From the IMG/VR virus record IMGVR_UViG_3300030397_000677, positions 1-36,441 of that record: 36,441 bases of DNA; one strand, given 5' to 3'. The first letter of the stretch is position 1. Each line of letters opens with the position of its first letter. Positions 1 to 9,772 of this stretch are shown here, piece after piece. This stretch comes from a virus (Duplodnaviria > Caudoviricetes). The notes under the pieces were generated by a model. It was not told the DNA's origin, ran no database searches, and was given only the letters and a program-made list of their open reading frames with translations. Made by a program: the position numbers and the translations under genes.

Positions 1-105
1 ACGCCGGGCGATGTAAAAAAAGTAAATGTTGATGAATTTGGAAAAGGCGGAGACGATGCTTATGATGGTTGGCGTTATGGCGTGATGGAGTTTGAAGATT
101 CGGTC
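1..105. repeat. Terminal direct repeat copy 1 (circularisation overlap)
   Basis: Exact 105-bp match to 36131-36235. Confidence 0.95.
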
Positions 106-117
106 GGACTTTATTAA
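1..117 (+). CDS. terL: 3' end of terminase large subunit (wraps around from 34790)
   Basis: Bases 1-105 are identical to 36131-36235 and in frame with ORF 34790. They translate TPGDVKKVNVDEFGKGGDDAYDGWRYGVMEFEDSVGLY* (TAA 115-117), including the DDxxDxxRY nuclease end motif, and lie just before the portal gene. Confidence 0.9.
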   Translation, partial: TPGDVKKVNVDEFGKGGDDAYDGWRYGVMEFEDSVGLY

Positions 118-137
118 GTAATAATTTTTATACTACC

Positions 138-2411
138 TTGGTCAAAGAAAAAATGAAGATTCAAAATTTAATAAATCTTGGAAGAGACAATTTTATAACG
201 AAAAGACTTAAAAGAGTTGGCAGTTCTTTTCGGGCATATTTCCCGCTTGTAAGTTTAACAAATGGCTTGCGAAATGTTCCCGATAATAAAAAGCTGAATG
301 CTTTGCGTCGGAGCGATATTGCATTCTCTTGCATCAATAAAATCGCCGAAACGATGAACGATGCTCCTTTAGTCGTTCAAAAGAAAAATCGTGATAATGA
401 ATGGGAAACCATTCCATCACATCCGATTTATCCTGTTTTACGGCGACCAAATATGCTCGATATTGGTGCGGATTTGCGATACAAGTTAATAATGAGCGAG
501 TATTCGGTCGGTTATTCTTACACGCATTTAATAAGGGATAGACCAACGGCAACTCCAACGGCTTTAAGAGCTTTGAATCCTTTAAGCGTTCGACCAATTA
601 TTGATTATTCCGGCTTTATTGATTATTACGAATACACAAATTTAATCGGCAAAATGCACGAAATCGCTCCGAGCGATATAGTGATGCGTCGCCGACCGGA
701 TTTGGTTGACGAATTTTATGGTCTTGCACCTTTGCAAATTGTTCTTAATGCAATCGATGCAGAGGATTTATTAACAAATTATGTTAATTCAATTTTTAAC
801 GGTTCGGGAATTCCAAGCGGTTTATTAAAGTTCAAAAAGTCTTTGAATCCGAAACAAGCTGAAGAGAAACAAAGCCTTTGGCAAAAGTATTTTGGAAAGG
901 ACGGAATCAAAAAAAATGAAGTTGCTGTCTTGGATGCCGATGCCGATTATGAAGTTTTAGGCTCAAAATTAAATGAGTTGGAAGCTAACGACAAGCGAAT
1001 GATTAACGAAGTTAAAATCTGCCAAGTTTTCGGTGTTAATCCTATTTTGGTCGGTGCTTTGGTTGGAATTGTTAATATCAACCAAAGAGCAAGTTATCGG
1101 GATGCAATGCGTGATTTTGCCGTTCATAAAATTTCGCCAGAGTTAAAAAATCTTGGTGAATTTAACACGCTTTGTTTTTTGCCGGAGTTTGAAAGTGAGA
1201 ATGCTATTTATGCAAATCGCATCCGCTTATTTTACGATACAAGTCAAATGTCGGCTTTGCGTGAAGATGAAACCGAAAGGCAGAGTCGCGACCGTGAAAA
1301 TTTCAAAGTTGGAGCAATTACGCTAAATGAATTCCGTGCATCGATTGGAGCAAAACGAGATCCAAAAGGCGATTATTATTTGCAACCAAATAACAGCCAA
1401 CCAATCGACGATAAGGAAAGGGCAAAATTATCCCAAACTAGCAGAGTCGTTCAGTTTGGCTCAAACCCAAATAAAACCGATAAAGACGACGACGATGATG
1501 CCGATGGAGATAAAAAGTTATTGGAAGCACTTAATTATTTTAGAAAAACTTTTTCTAAACCTGGTGATGAAAAAAACGAATTATCTTTTATCATACCGGC
1601 GAAAGAAAAAAAATTACTCGATTCTAAAGTTTATGATTTCGAAGGCGTTCGTCTTGCACGGAAACCGAACGAAGTTGAAAAGCTGATTGATTATAAAGAA
1701 ATTATTAAAAATCAAACCGATCAATCAAAAAGATTGCTTGAAGTTTCAAAGCGTTTCCGTGATTTTCTGATTGACCAAGCCGTCCAAAAAGCATCGAATT
1801 TAACCGAAAAAACAATTTCAAATTTGCAGTTAAGAGCAACTCCAAAGCTGAATCAAACTGCTTTAATTAAATTTGCTGAGTCTTATGAAATCGGCAGAAT
1901 GCAAATTATTCACGAAATAAATGCACAAGTTAAAGAGAAAGGCTTGGACTTTTTAGAAACTAAAGAATTTGCAAACGATGATTCACGCAAAAGAATTCGC
2001 TCTTTTTCCGATTTGTTTAGTTCTAAATTGGTCGGCGAAATTCAAAAGCGAGCGATTGATGTTTTTTCAGCTTTGAAATTGCTTGGCGATGATGTAACTG
2101 ATTTTTTCAAAGAAATGCGTCAAAGGCTCAAAGATGAATCCTTGCAATTTCTCGAACGTTTGGCGAAAGATTTTACCAACGCATCAATCCAAATTGGTCG
2201 CAAGGATGAAATCGATAAGCAACAAACGGAAATTTCAAAAGTGCAATATTCGGCTATCTTGGATTTGAATACTTGCTCGCCGTGCCGACGTGCCGACAAG
2301 ATGGAAGGCGATACGACCGACGACGTGCCAACAACGCCGAATCCGGAATGCGAAGGAGCTTCAAAATGTCGCTGTATGCTTTTATTTATTTTTTATACTG
2401 AAGATGAATAA
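138..2411 (+). CDS. HK97-type portal protein fused to a C-terminal MuF/SPP1 gp7-like minor head domain
   Basis: The N-terminal ~420 aa show portal motifs (CINKIAE, YGLAPL, FNGSGIPSGLL, ICQVFGVNPILVG, TLNEFRASIG). An acidic linker follows, then C-terminal YSAILDLNTCSPC...PNPECEGASKCRC, which is MuF-like. Position follows terL. The start may be ATG 153. Confidence 0.85.
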   Translation: MVKEKMKIQNLINLGRDNFITKRLKRVGSSFRAYFPLVSLTNGLRNVPDNKKLNALRRSDIAFSCINKIAETMNDAPLVVQKKNRDNEWETIPSHPIYPVLRRPNMLDIGADLRYKLIMSEYSVGYSYTHLIRDRPTATPTALRALNPLSVRPIIDYSGFIDYYEYTNLIGKMHEIAPSDIVMRRRPDLVDEFYGLAPLQIVLNAIDAEDLLTNYVNSIFNGSGIPSGLLKFKKSLNPKQAEEKQSLWQKYFGKDGIKKNEVAVLDADADYEVLGSKLNELEANDKRMINEVKICQVFGVNPILVGALVGIVNINQRASYRDAMRDFAVHKISPELKNLGEFNTLCFLPEFESENAIYANRIRLFYDTSQMSALREDETERQSRDRENFKVGAITLNEFRASIGAKRDPKGDYYLQPNNSQPIDDKERAKLSQTSRVVQFGSNPNKTDKDDDDDADGDKKLLEALNYFRKTFSKPGDEKNELSFIIPAKEKKLLDSKVYDFEGVRLARKPNEVEKLIDYKEIIKNQTDQSKRLLEVSKRFRDFLIDQAVQKASNLTEKTISNLQLRATPKLNQTALIKFAESYEIGRMQIIHEINAQVKEKGLDFLETKEFANDDSRKRIRSFSDLFSSKLVGEIQKRAIDVFSALKLLGDDVTDFFKEMRQRLKDESLQFLERLAKDFTNASIQIGRKDEIDKQQTEISKVQYSAILDLNTCSPCRRADKMEGDTTDDVPTTPNPECEGASKCRCMLLFIFYTEDE

Positions 2412-2556
2412 AACATTTGCATATAGAAACAAAATACGTCAAAATAAAAAACGAATTGAATATCTCAATTTTGTTCTTACAATTTCTTAATTTCTTGCAG
2501 TTATTAAGAAATCCCGCAAGTAATAAAGTTTGAATTTTTTGTTCGTAAAAGTCGGG

Positions 2557-2587
2557 AAAAGCGAGTCATATCTTGACTCGCTTTTTT
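2557..2587 (+). terminator. Intrinsic terminator (possibly bidirectional) between portal and protease
   Basis: AAAAGCGAGTCA-TATCT-TGACTCGCTTTT, perfect 12-bp stem ending in a T run. Confidence 0.7.
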
Positions 2588-2632
2588 CGTTGTTAAAATA
2601 AGGATTTATTTTGTGATAATATTTTTCTTGTT

Positions 2633-3481
2633 ATGGCAAAAAAAACAGAAACAAAAACTCCGGAATTTAAGAGCGTTCCTTTTGTAAATATCAAAGCTGA
2701 ATCGGACGGCTTGATAAGAGTAGGAATCGCGGCAGTTACAGGAAACATCGACGACGGCAAGGATCGGATAAAAAAAGGTGCTTTTAAGAAAACACTTTCC
2801 GAAATGAAAGGTCGGATGTCGCATCTTTGGAATCATCAATCTTGGAATCCGCCAATCGCAACGATTAAAGATATAAAAGAAGTCGATGCGAGCGAATTGC
2901 CAAAAGAGATTCTTGACCAATTTGAAAAGGGAACTGTAACATCCGGCTTAAAAGTTACACGCCAATATTACACAGACGTTCCGTTGTCGGAATGGGTTCT
3001 TAAAGCGATTGACCGAAATGACATCAATGAGATGAGCATTGGTTTTAACTCGGTAAAAGCTACACGAATCGAAATCGAAAACGACGACGGCGGGAAAACT
3101 TATATTCGTCAAATCGACGAAATTAAATTGTTTGAGTGTTCTGATGTAAATTGGGGAATGAACTCGGCGACCGTTGCAAATATGAAATCTTTCGATTTTG
3201 AACGAATGCCGATAACTTCCTTATTTGATGCCATAAAAACACTCGGCGAAAAGATTAAAGCTGGACACGCTTTTTCTGAATCCGAGTCTTTACTCTTGCA
3301 AAACTTAAAATCTACCGTTTCAGAATTTGAAATAGTTGATTTCGCCGAAACGCAAGAAACGAAATCCGACAACGACCAAGATAATAAGCAAGCCGGAGCC
3401 GACGAAGATGATGAACTCACTCCACTTGACGAAAGTTATTTTGCAGAAAATAAAAAGAAACTTAACAGTTTGAAATTGTAA
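2633..3481 (+). CDS. HK97-family prohead maturation protease
   Basis: GNIDDGKDRIKKGAF, LWNH, EMSIGF and LFECSDVNWGMN motifs; lies between portal and capsid. Confidence 0.9.
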   Translation: MAKKTETKTPEFKSVPFVNIKAESDGLIRVGIAAVTGNIDDGKDRIKKGAFKKTLSEMKGRMSHLWNHQSWNPPIATIKDIKEVDASELPKEILDQFEKGTVTSGLKVTRQYYTDVPLSEWVLKAIDRNDINEMSIGFNSVKATRIEIENDDGGKTYIRQIDEIKLFECSDVNWGMNSATVANMKSFDFERMPITSLFDAIKTLGEKIKAGHAFSESESLLLQNLKSTVSEFEIVDFAETQETKSDNDQDNKQAGADEDDELTPLDESYFAENKKKLNSLKL

Positions 3482-3507
3482 TTAACTTAATGGAGTAAAT
3501 GTAAATT

Positions 3508-4773
3508 ATGTCAACTAAGAAAGATGTTAAAAAAGTTAAACGCTCGGCAATGGTGAAAGGTTGGGAGCAGGATTTGGCAAAGTTTGGCTCGGATTTGAAT
3601 GAGCTTGATGCCAAGATGCAAGAAGACTATAAAACGGACGACGGCGTAAAATCCGAAGACCGTGAAAAGTTCGATAAAATGTTTAAGGATGCGACCGATT
3701 TGCGTGAAAGAATCGAGAAGCATTTAGGCATCGGCGACATTACAAAAATCGTCGAGCCGAATTCGGATTCCAAAAATTTTGCAGTAAATGGATCAAAAGA
3801 AATTGTGCGAACAAAATCGCTTGGTCGAATTTTTACCGAATCCGATGAATATAAAGACGCTCTTGGCGATGGCAATATCGGTCAAGGTTTGCGATGTGGA
3901 GTTGAAACAAAAGCGACATTCGATACGGATGCGACCGGATTGGATTCAACGGTTAATTATTTGCCCGGCATAATTGAAATCGAGCAACAAAGATTAACCA
4001 TTCGGAATTTGCTTGCGACCGGAGAAACTTCGATGAACGCCGTGCCGTATGTTACGGAAAATTCTTTTAACAACGCCGCGGACGTTGTTGCTGAAGGTGC
4101 AGAAAAACCGGAAGCGACTTTCGATACTGCTCCGGCATCTGCTCCGGTTAAAAAAATCGCAGTTCGTGCGAAAGTTACTGAGGAAATGTGGGCTGATTTC
4201 CCATCGCTTCGCAGTTACATCGACGGTCGGATGCGTTTTATGGTTGGCTCAAAAGAAGAGCAACAATTATTAAACGGTTCGGGAGTTGGTGCAGAAATTC
4301 TCGGAATCCGAAACGTCGCCGGAATTCAGTCGCAAGCAAAAGGTGCTGATACAATTCCGGACGCTGTTTTCAAGGCGATAACCAAAGTTCGCACAATCGG
4401 CTTTTTTGAGCCGGATGGCTTTGTCGTGCATCCGAACGACTGGCAACGGTTGAAACTTTTGAAAGATGATAACAATCAGTATTACGGAGGCGGACCATTT
4501 ACCGGAGCTTACGGCAATCAAATGATGAATGTCGAAAGATTTTGGGGATTGCCAACGGTTATCACAACGGCAATAACAGAAGGCACGGCACTTGTCGGAG
4601 CGTTCCGTCTTGGCGGACAAATTTTTGATCGTATGGGAATCCGAATGGATTCGACCAACTCAAACGAAGACGATTTCAATAAAAACTTGATTTCGATGCG
4701 TGTTGAGGAAAGACTTGCACTTGCTGTTTATAGAGCTCTTGCATTTTGCGAAGTTACAGGAATCAACGCTTAG
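3508..4773 (+). CDS. Major capsid protein, HK97 fold, with N-terminal delta/scaffold region
   Basis: Coiled-coil N-terminus; VAEGAEKPE, VKKIA, EEQQLLNGSG, VHPNDWQRL, WGLP and FNKNLISMRVEERLALAVYR motifs. Confidence 0.95.
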   Translation: MSTKKDVKKVKRSAMVKGWEQDLAKFGSDLNELDAKMQEDYKTDDGVKSEDREKFDKMFKDATDLRERIEKHLGIGDITKIVEPNSDSKNFAVNGSKEIVRTKSLGRIFTESDEYKDALGDGNIGQGLRCGVETKATFDTDATGLDSTVNYLPGIIEIEQQRLTIRNLLATGETSMNAVPYVTENSFNNAADVVAEGAEKPEATFDTAPASAPVKKIAVRAKVTEEMWADFPSLRSYIDGRMRFMVGSKEEQQLLNGSGVGAEILGIRNVAGIQSQAKGADTIPDAVFKAITKVRTIGFFEPDGFVVHPNDWQRLKLLKDDNNQYYGGGPFTGAYGNQMMNVERFWGLPTVITTAITEGTALVGAFRLGGQIFDRMGIRMDSTNSNEDDFNKNLISMRVEERLALAVYRALAFCEVTGINA

Positions 4774-4844
4774 TTTTTTAAGCCTTAGATTTTTAATTTA
4801 AAACCGATGGCGAACGGTATATTTCGCCATAACTTTTAATTATT

Positions 4845-5054
4845 ATGGTAGAACTTAAAGAAAGAATTTATCTTACGGCGGATAAGAAAAAAGCTGTTAA
4901 AGCCGGACATAAAGATTGTGCGTTTTTGCTTGGCGATAAAGGGCATCAAATAACCGATGACCAAGCCAAGAAATACAAAATAAACAAAGACGGCACTTTA
5001 GGAAAAACTCGCTCAACGTCAACAAAGAATAAAGGCGACGGCGATAAAAAATAA
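4845..5054 (+). CDS. Small basic protein after MCP (possible head accessory protein)
   Basis: 69 aa, Lys-rich, followed by a terminator; function inferred from position only. Confidence 0.6.
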   Translation: MVELKERIYLTADKKKAVKAGHKDCAFLLGDKGHQITDDQAKKYKINKDGTLGKTRSTSTKNKGDGDKK

Positions 5055-5079
5055 ATAATTTCAAATTTTTAATTAAATC

Positions 5080-5115
5080 AAAAAGCTCCATTGTTAAAAA
5101 CAAGCGGAGCTTTTT
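5080..5115 (+). terminator. Intrinsic terminator closing the capsid unit
   Basis: AAAAAGCTCC...GGAGCTTTTT outer stem with inner TTGTT/AACAA pairing. Confidence 0.6.
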
Positions 5116-5134
5116 GATTTATTCTTTTGATGTA

Positions 5135-6190
5135 ATGGAAATCGTAAAAAGAAAAGTTTTTGGAAAAATATTAGACGCTCTTGATTCCGGTCTTTTGGTC
5201 GATAAAGAGATTAAATTTTTACCTTTGGAACATTTCGGATCGGGCGACAAAACGATTCCGAGTGTAGAAGTTGTCGCCGACATAAGTGAAGACGGTTCGT
5301 TCGAAGCTGAATTATTTACCTTTGATAATAAGGGCGTTGAATATGAATGCGAGTTACCATCTAAAGAAGTTACTTGCTTTATTTTAGAATACGGCGACGG
5401 CTCGGATATTGAGTTGCAAACGCTTATCAATAATTATGAAATTTCGTCGGAAAATTCTAGAGATGTTTTAACGGAAATTCTTTCGGGTTTGCTTGCCAAC
5501 TACACGCCGAATCGAAGTTTGTTGGCTTCTTATTTTCACGATATGAATTACAGTTCCGGAGGATTCGATGGCGAGTTTTCTATTCAGCAAAGTTCAGCCG
5601 GACTTTATAATTTTTCGCCTCCGACAAATTTTGCCGATTATCAAGGTTTCGGTTTAGTTCCTATTTACTTAAAAGTTCCAAATAATGAAGTTTGGATCGT
5701 TATCAACGATATTTGGAAAAACAACGGAACAGCCGGAATTTTTTCACTTGGTTACGGTCGCTCTTTTTCCGATTTAAGATTTGCGGTTGAAAACCTTTCA
5801 GATGCAAATAATAGCTATGAGTTTTATTTTGGCATTGCCAACCATTATTACGAAATTCCGGCAAACGGATGTTATTTTAAATATACGCATTCGGAAAATA
5901 ACGGAAACTTGCAAGCTATAACTCGCAAGGATAATGTTGAAACTAAGGTTAATACCGACCAATCTTTAACTTTGAACGAAATGCAAAAAATTGCTGTCGA
6001 TGTAAATGATGATGCTACAAAAGTCGATTTTAGATTTGACGGCGAAATTATTGCAACAATCGAGGAAAACATTCCAACGGCAAAACTTACTTGTTTTTTT
6101 TGGATTAAAAAAACCGTTGGAAATGTTACGACAAAAACTTTGGTCTTGGATTGGATTCAAAGTTTATATTACTTTTCAAATCCTAGATAA
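5135..6190 (+). CDS. Putative head fibre/decoration protein with a C-terminal lectin-like beta-sandwich
   Basis: ORF 5114..6190, first ATG at 5135. Acidic N-terminal domain and beta-rich C-terminus (GCYFKY, VDFRFDGEIIATIEENIP, LVLDWI). The fold assignment is inference. Confidence 0.45.
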   Translation: MEIVKRKVFGKILDALDSGLLVDKEIKFLPLEHFGSGDKTIPSVEVVADISEDGSFEAELFTFDNKGVEYECELPSKEVTCFILEYGDGSDIELQTLINNYEISSENSRDVLTEILSGLLANYTPNRSLLASYFHDMNYSSGGFDGEFSIQQSSAGLYNFSPPTNFADYQGFGLVPIYLKVPNNEVWIVINDIWKNNGTAGIFSLGYGRSFSDLRFAVENLSDANNSYEFYFGIANHYYEIPANGCYFKYTHSENNGNLQAITRKDNVETKVNTDQSLTLNEMQKIAVDVNDDATKVDFRFDGEIIATIEENIPTAKLTCFFWIKKTVGNVTTKTLVLDWIQSLYYFSNPR

Positions 6191-6196
6191 ATTATT

Positions 6197-7063
6197 ATGA
6201 AAAAATTACTATCTTTTTTATTTATTTTTCTTTTGGCGTGTTCAGCATTTGGGCAAGTTACAAGCGTTAATCAAATTGAGTTGATCAGCGAACAAAATAC
6301 GGTTTTAAGCCGATGGCAATCTTACGAACATCCAAGCGGATATCCTAGTTTTGCGATTGGTCTCGGCATCAATGCCAAAGACTTAAATTTTGGGAATGTG
6401 ATTTACGGAAATTATTTTCCCGCCGGCTTTGAAAAAAAAGCAATGTTTGGACTCGGTGTAAATAATCTATTGCTTGGCAACGGTTCGGGAAAGGATTTAG
6501 AGAATGGCGATTCCAATGTTTTTGCGGGTTCGGGTTCTTTTGGTTTTGCAAAGTCTGCAAAAAGGAATGTCGGGACGGGTTTTTTGACCGGAGCTTGGAG
6601 CGTTAATGGCGTTGGGAATGTTTATTCGGGTTATCGGTCGGGAGCACAGCAAACAAATATCGGAACGGTTCAAGCGAATTACAACACATTTTCGGGATAT
6701 GAATCCGGCTATCAAAGTCAAAGTTCAAGTTTTTCATATTTTGGCGGAGCGTTTTCCGGTCGTGCATCGAACTCTAAAAGGTCAATTTTTCTTGGTGCTT
6801 ATTCCGGTTTTTCCGAGCAAGATGATTTTCGCTTAATAGTTCAAACGGCATCGAATCAAACGCCAATTATTAACGGTTGGATGTCGGAAAATGTTGATAA
6901 ACAAATTCTTGAATTAAATGCAGTTGTAAAACCGAAACTTTTTATCGTTCCGGAAGTAAGAAAAAATGAATGCACAAACGGCGAGTTATCCTATGACCAA
7001 AATTTTCTTTATGTTTGCGTTCAAAACCAACGGAAGCAAATTCCATTTTCAGCAATAGAATAA
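6197..7063 (+). CDS. Signal-peptide-bearing Gly/Ser/Asn-repeat beta-roll (adhesin/fibre-like) protein
   Basis: MKKLLSFLFIFLLACSAFG|Q Sec-type signal; repeated NxFxGxxSG units; C-terminal GELSYDQNFLYVC motif of the kind seen in fibre proteins. Confidence 0.55.
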   Translation: MKKLLSFLFIFLLACSAFGQVTSVNQIELISEQNTVLSRWQSYEHPSGYPSFAIGLGINAKDLNFGNVIYGNYFPAGFEKKAMFGLGVNNLLLGNGSGKDLENGDSNVFAGSGSFGFAKSAKRNVGTGFLTGAWSVNGVGNVYSGYRSGAQQTNIGTVQANYNTFSGYESGYQSQSSSFSYFGGAFSGRASNSKRSIFLGAYSGFSEQDDFRLIVQTASNQTPIINGWMSENVDKQILELNAVVKPKLFIVPEVRKNECTNGELSYDQNFLYVCVQNQRKQIPFSAIE

Positions 7064-7065
7064 TT

Positions 7066-7644
7066 ATGTCAAGCTATCTTAAAACGTTCCAATTAAAATC
7101 AATTACGGAAGCGTCCGAAGCATCGTCGACAAGGCTTTGGACGCTTCTTGGCGAATCGGCATCACGTTATTTAGATGAATTATGTGAAGTTGACGACGAT
7201 TATTTCGGGCAATCGCCATCGGATGCAACTACTAAAACTTATGAATCAAACGGCATTCGCTTAATGCGTATCCATCCAATTATTAAGGATTCAGTTACAA
7301 AAATTGAGCAAGTAAATGAAGATGGAACTCGCAAGGAATTTACAGCCGACCAATACAAAATCACGGCTGATAACAAAATCGCCTTTTGGCTTAAAAGAGT
7401 TCCAAAGGCTGATTTTGACGATGATGTCGAAATCGAAATAACTGCACGTTTTGGCTTTGAAAAAGTTCCGCCAAAAATTCAAATGGTTACGAGAGAGATT
7501 GCTGTTTATTGTTGGCATTTTCTTGATCCGAAAGATATACGGAACGCCGATATCGATGTCGCTGTTTTTGAAAAAGGACTTCCGACAATGACTTGGTCAA
7601 TAATTAAAAAAATTAAAAACCGTGTATCGATGGCACATCTTTAA
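7066..7644 (+). CDS. Head-tail adaptor (gp6/gp15-like)
   Basis: LLGESASRYLDELC and IEITARFGFEKVPPKIQMVT motifs typical of connectors. ATG 7066 chosen over the ORF start at 7015. Confidence 0.7.
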   Translation: MSSYLKTFQLKSITEASEASSTRLWTLLGESASRYLDELCEVDDDYFGQSPSDATTKTYESNGIRLMRIHPIIKDSVTKIEQVNEDGTRKEFTADQYKITADNKIAFWLKRVPKADFDDDVEIEITARFGFEKVPPKIQMVTREIAVYCWHFLDPKDIRNADIDVAVFEKGLPTMTWSIIKKIKNRVSMAHL

Positions 7645-7676
7645 TTTTTTAGTAGATCCTGACTCAAAAAAAATAA

Positions 7677-8138
7677 ATGTCGCGAGAACGAATTAAAATT
7701 GTTTTTCAAAATGAAGTTGTATTCGATAAAAACTTTAATCGGATTGACCGTTCGCTTGGCGACTTTCGACCAATTTGGCGAGTAGTAGAAAAAGAATTCC
7801 ATCGCTCGGAAAAAGAGCAGTTTAATTCTGAGGGTTCGCTTGGTGCTTCCGGCAAATGGAAACCTTTATCGAAAAACTATGCCAAACGCAAAAAAAAAGA
7901 AGTTGGCAATCTGCCAATCTTGCAAAGGTCAAAAAAACTTTTTCGAGCTGTTACTTCACGGTCAACACATACGGTCGTCAAAATTAGAAAGGATTCCTAC
8001 ATTCGCGGCACTAACTTAAAATATCCAAAATATGTAAATCGTGAGCGTCCGATTGTTTCTTTGTCGCAAAAACAAATCCGCCGGATGCAAAAAAAAGTTA
8101 GAGAAAAAGTTCGCCGACGTGCATTAAAAAGGAAATAA
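7677..8138 (+). CDS. Virion morphogenesis/tail completion protein (Mu gpG-like)
   Basis: QFNSEG..SGKWKPLSKNYAKRK, PILQRS, GTNLKYPKY and RPIV motifs; basic protein. Confidence 0.7.
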   Translation: MSRERIKIVFQNEVVFDKNFNRIDRSLGDFRPIWRVVEKEFHRSEKEQFNSEGSLGASGKWKPLSKNYAKRKKKEVGNLPILQRSKKLFRAVTSRSTHTVVKIRKDSYIRGTNLKYPKYVNRERPIVSLSQKQIRRMQKKVREKVRRRALKRK

Positions 8139-8152
8139 ATAGGAGTGTGTTT

Positions 8153-8698
8153 ATGGCTTATGAGCCGGAGTTTAATGTTTTCGATTCTAGAAAGTTGCAA
8201 GGGAATTTAATTAAATTTTTTGTAGCAAATCAAAAGGATGCTTTGCTTTGGGCAAATAATGGCGAAAGGTATTATTTGGGCAAAACTAAAAATCCAATCA
8301 AACGAAAAATTGAGCCATTAAAAGAATTTTATCCAAGCGAGCCGTCTGATAAATTGTTGGTCGTTCCAAGCCTTACTTTTATCCAAGACGACAACGGCTC
8401 GGAAATCTTCGACGATTTTACCGAAACGGATGTAACTATATTTTTTGAAATAAAAATTGTTGACGGCGAAAGGCAGATAATAAAAGAAATCGCTAAAATT
8501 TATGAGTTGGCATATAAATCAATGGTGCGAAATTGTCCAAGTCATTTATTATCTGATGAGATGAATATCGATTGCGAGTTTAAGCCTTTGTTTCTAAATA
8601 CTGAGTTTGAAATAGTTGAAAAAAATGCAAACAAATTCCGGCAAAGTTTTCAAATCGAAGTAACTTGGACGGTAGATTTTCAGAACAATCGAGAATAA
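8153..8698 (+). CDS. Putative tail terminator protein
   Basis: Located just upstream of the tail tube region, appropriate size, beta-rich C-terminus; AGGAG upstream. Confidence 0.45.
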   Translation: MAYEPEFNVFDSRKLQGNLIKFFVANQKDALLWANNGERYYLGKTKNPIKRKIEPLKEFYPSEPSDKLLVVPSLTFIQDDNGSEIFDDFTETDVTIFFEIKIVDGERQIIKEIAKIYELAYKSMVRNCPSHLLSDEMNIDCEFKPLFLNTEFEIVEKNANKFRQSFQIEVTWTVDFQNNRE

Positions 8699-8752
8699 AA
8701 AAATTACTTCTCAAAATCAAGCATTTTATGTTTGATTTATACTTATAATGTT

Positions 8753-9112
8753 ATGGCAACAAAAGCAAAAGAAAACAAGAGTGTAAAACCAAAAGAAGAT
8801 AAATCCGACAAACCGGAAAAGACTACCGAAGAGCCGAAAACCGACGACTCGGTAGAAACCGACGAAAAAAAATCTGCTGAAGAGCAAAAAAATAAAAATC
8901 CTTTCGGGCGTTTTATTGATTTGAATGACACAGAAAAAGAGTTTGGCGAAGAGAACGGTCTTGACGCATTATCCAAAATTGGTATTGAGTTCGGTTACGG
9001 TGTAGCAAATAAAAAGAGCGTTTTTGCAATTCCGTTAGATGAAGAATTTGACGCAAAGTTAATAAACTTCATCGCCGTGTTAAAAAAACAATACGCTCCA
9101 AAAGAAGATTAA
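8753..9112 (+). CDS. Hypothetical protein with Lys/Glu-rich disordered N-terminus
   Basis: ORF 8732..9112, first ATG 8753; no recognisable motif. Confidence 0.6.
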   Translation: MATKAKENKSVKPKEDKSDKPEKTTEEPKTDDSVETDEKKSAEEQKNKNPFGRFIDLNDTEKEFGEENGLDALSKIGIEFGYGVANKKSVFAIPLDEEFDAKLINFIAVLKKQYAPKED

Positions 9113-9160
9113 AAATAGCTTTTTGAATTAGAAGCAATTTTTTACAAAGGTAAATTTATT

Positions 9161-9748
9161 ATGGCAACGAATTTTTCTTATCCGGCGACGCATAAAAACC
9201 CCGGTCAGATTTGGGCAAATCTTTCCATTCCGGCGGGCGGAGCTAGATTAACACTTGACGCAAATGGCGAGCCGGACGCTACTGAAAATCCAAATGCTTT
9301 GCATCTTGGTTTAACAGAAGCCGGAGCGACCGTAAAATTAAATGGCGAGTATGAGGATGAATTTTTCGACGAATTCCGTGAAGCGTTGGACACAACGCAC
9401 ACGCAAACGGCTATGATGCTAAATGCAGATTTGTCGCAAGTTTATGATTTTGATGTTTTGGAGCTTTGCACCAAAGGCATCGGCACAAGGGATACCGGAG
9501 CCGGATACGATGAAATATCTATCGGTCGGTCGCCTTTAGGATTTACATCAATCGCAGTTATCACGCCAAGACGTGACGATCCGACCAAATTTGCAGTTAC
9601 GCATATTTATTCGGCGTTGAATAAATCAAATATTGAGCTTGCAACTTCACGCCAAACTCGAAGTAAAATTCCGGTTGAGTTTGTTGGTTACGGCATTCCG
9701 GGTCGTGCCGATTCCGACACACTTGGCAAAATCTGGACGCAAGTGTAA
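9161..9748 (+). CDS. Major tail tube protein
   Basis: HLGLTEAGATVK motif, 195 aa, followed by a terminator and then the chaperone and TMP genes. Confidence 0.8.
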   Translation: MATNFSYPATHKNPGQIWANLSIPAGGARLTLDANGEPDATENPNALHLGLTEAGATVKLNGEYEDEFFDEFREALDTTHTQTAMMLNADLSQVYDFDVLELCTKGIGTRDTGAGYDEISIGRSPLGFTSIAVITPRRDDPTKFAVTHIYSALNKSNIELATSRQTRSKIPVEFVGYGIPGRADSDTLGKIWTQV

Positions 9749-9772
9749 AATAATTTTTATTACTATCCCCTT

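Noticed and set aside
1-105. Biological terminal repeat (T7-like DTR) or att site
   Set aside because: It lies within terL coding sequence, and its length fits an assembly overlap of a circular or permuted genome.
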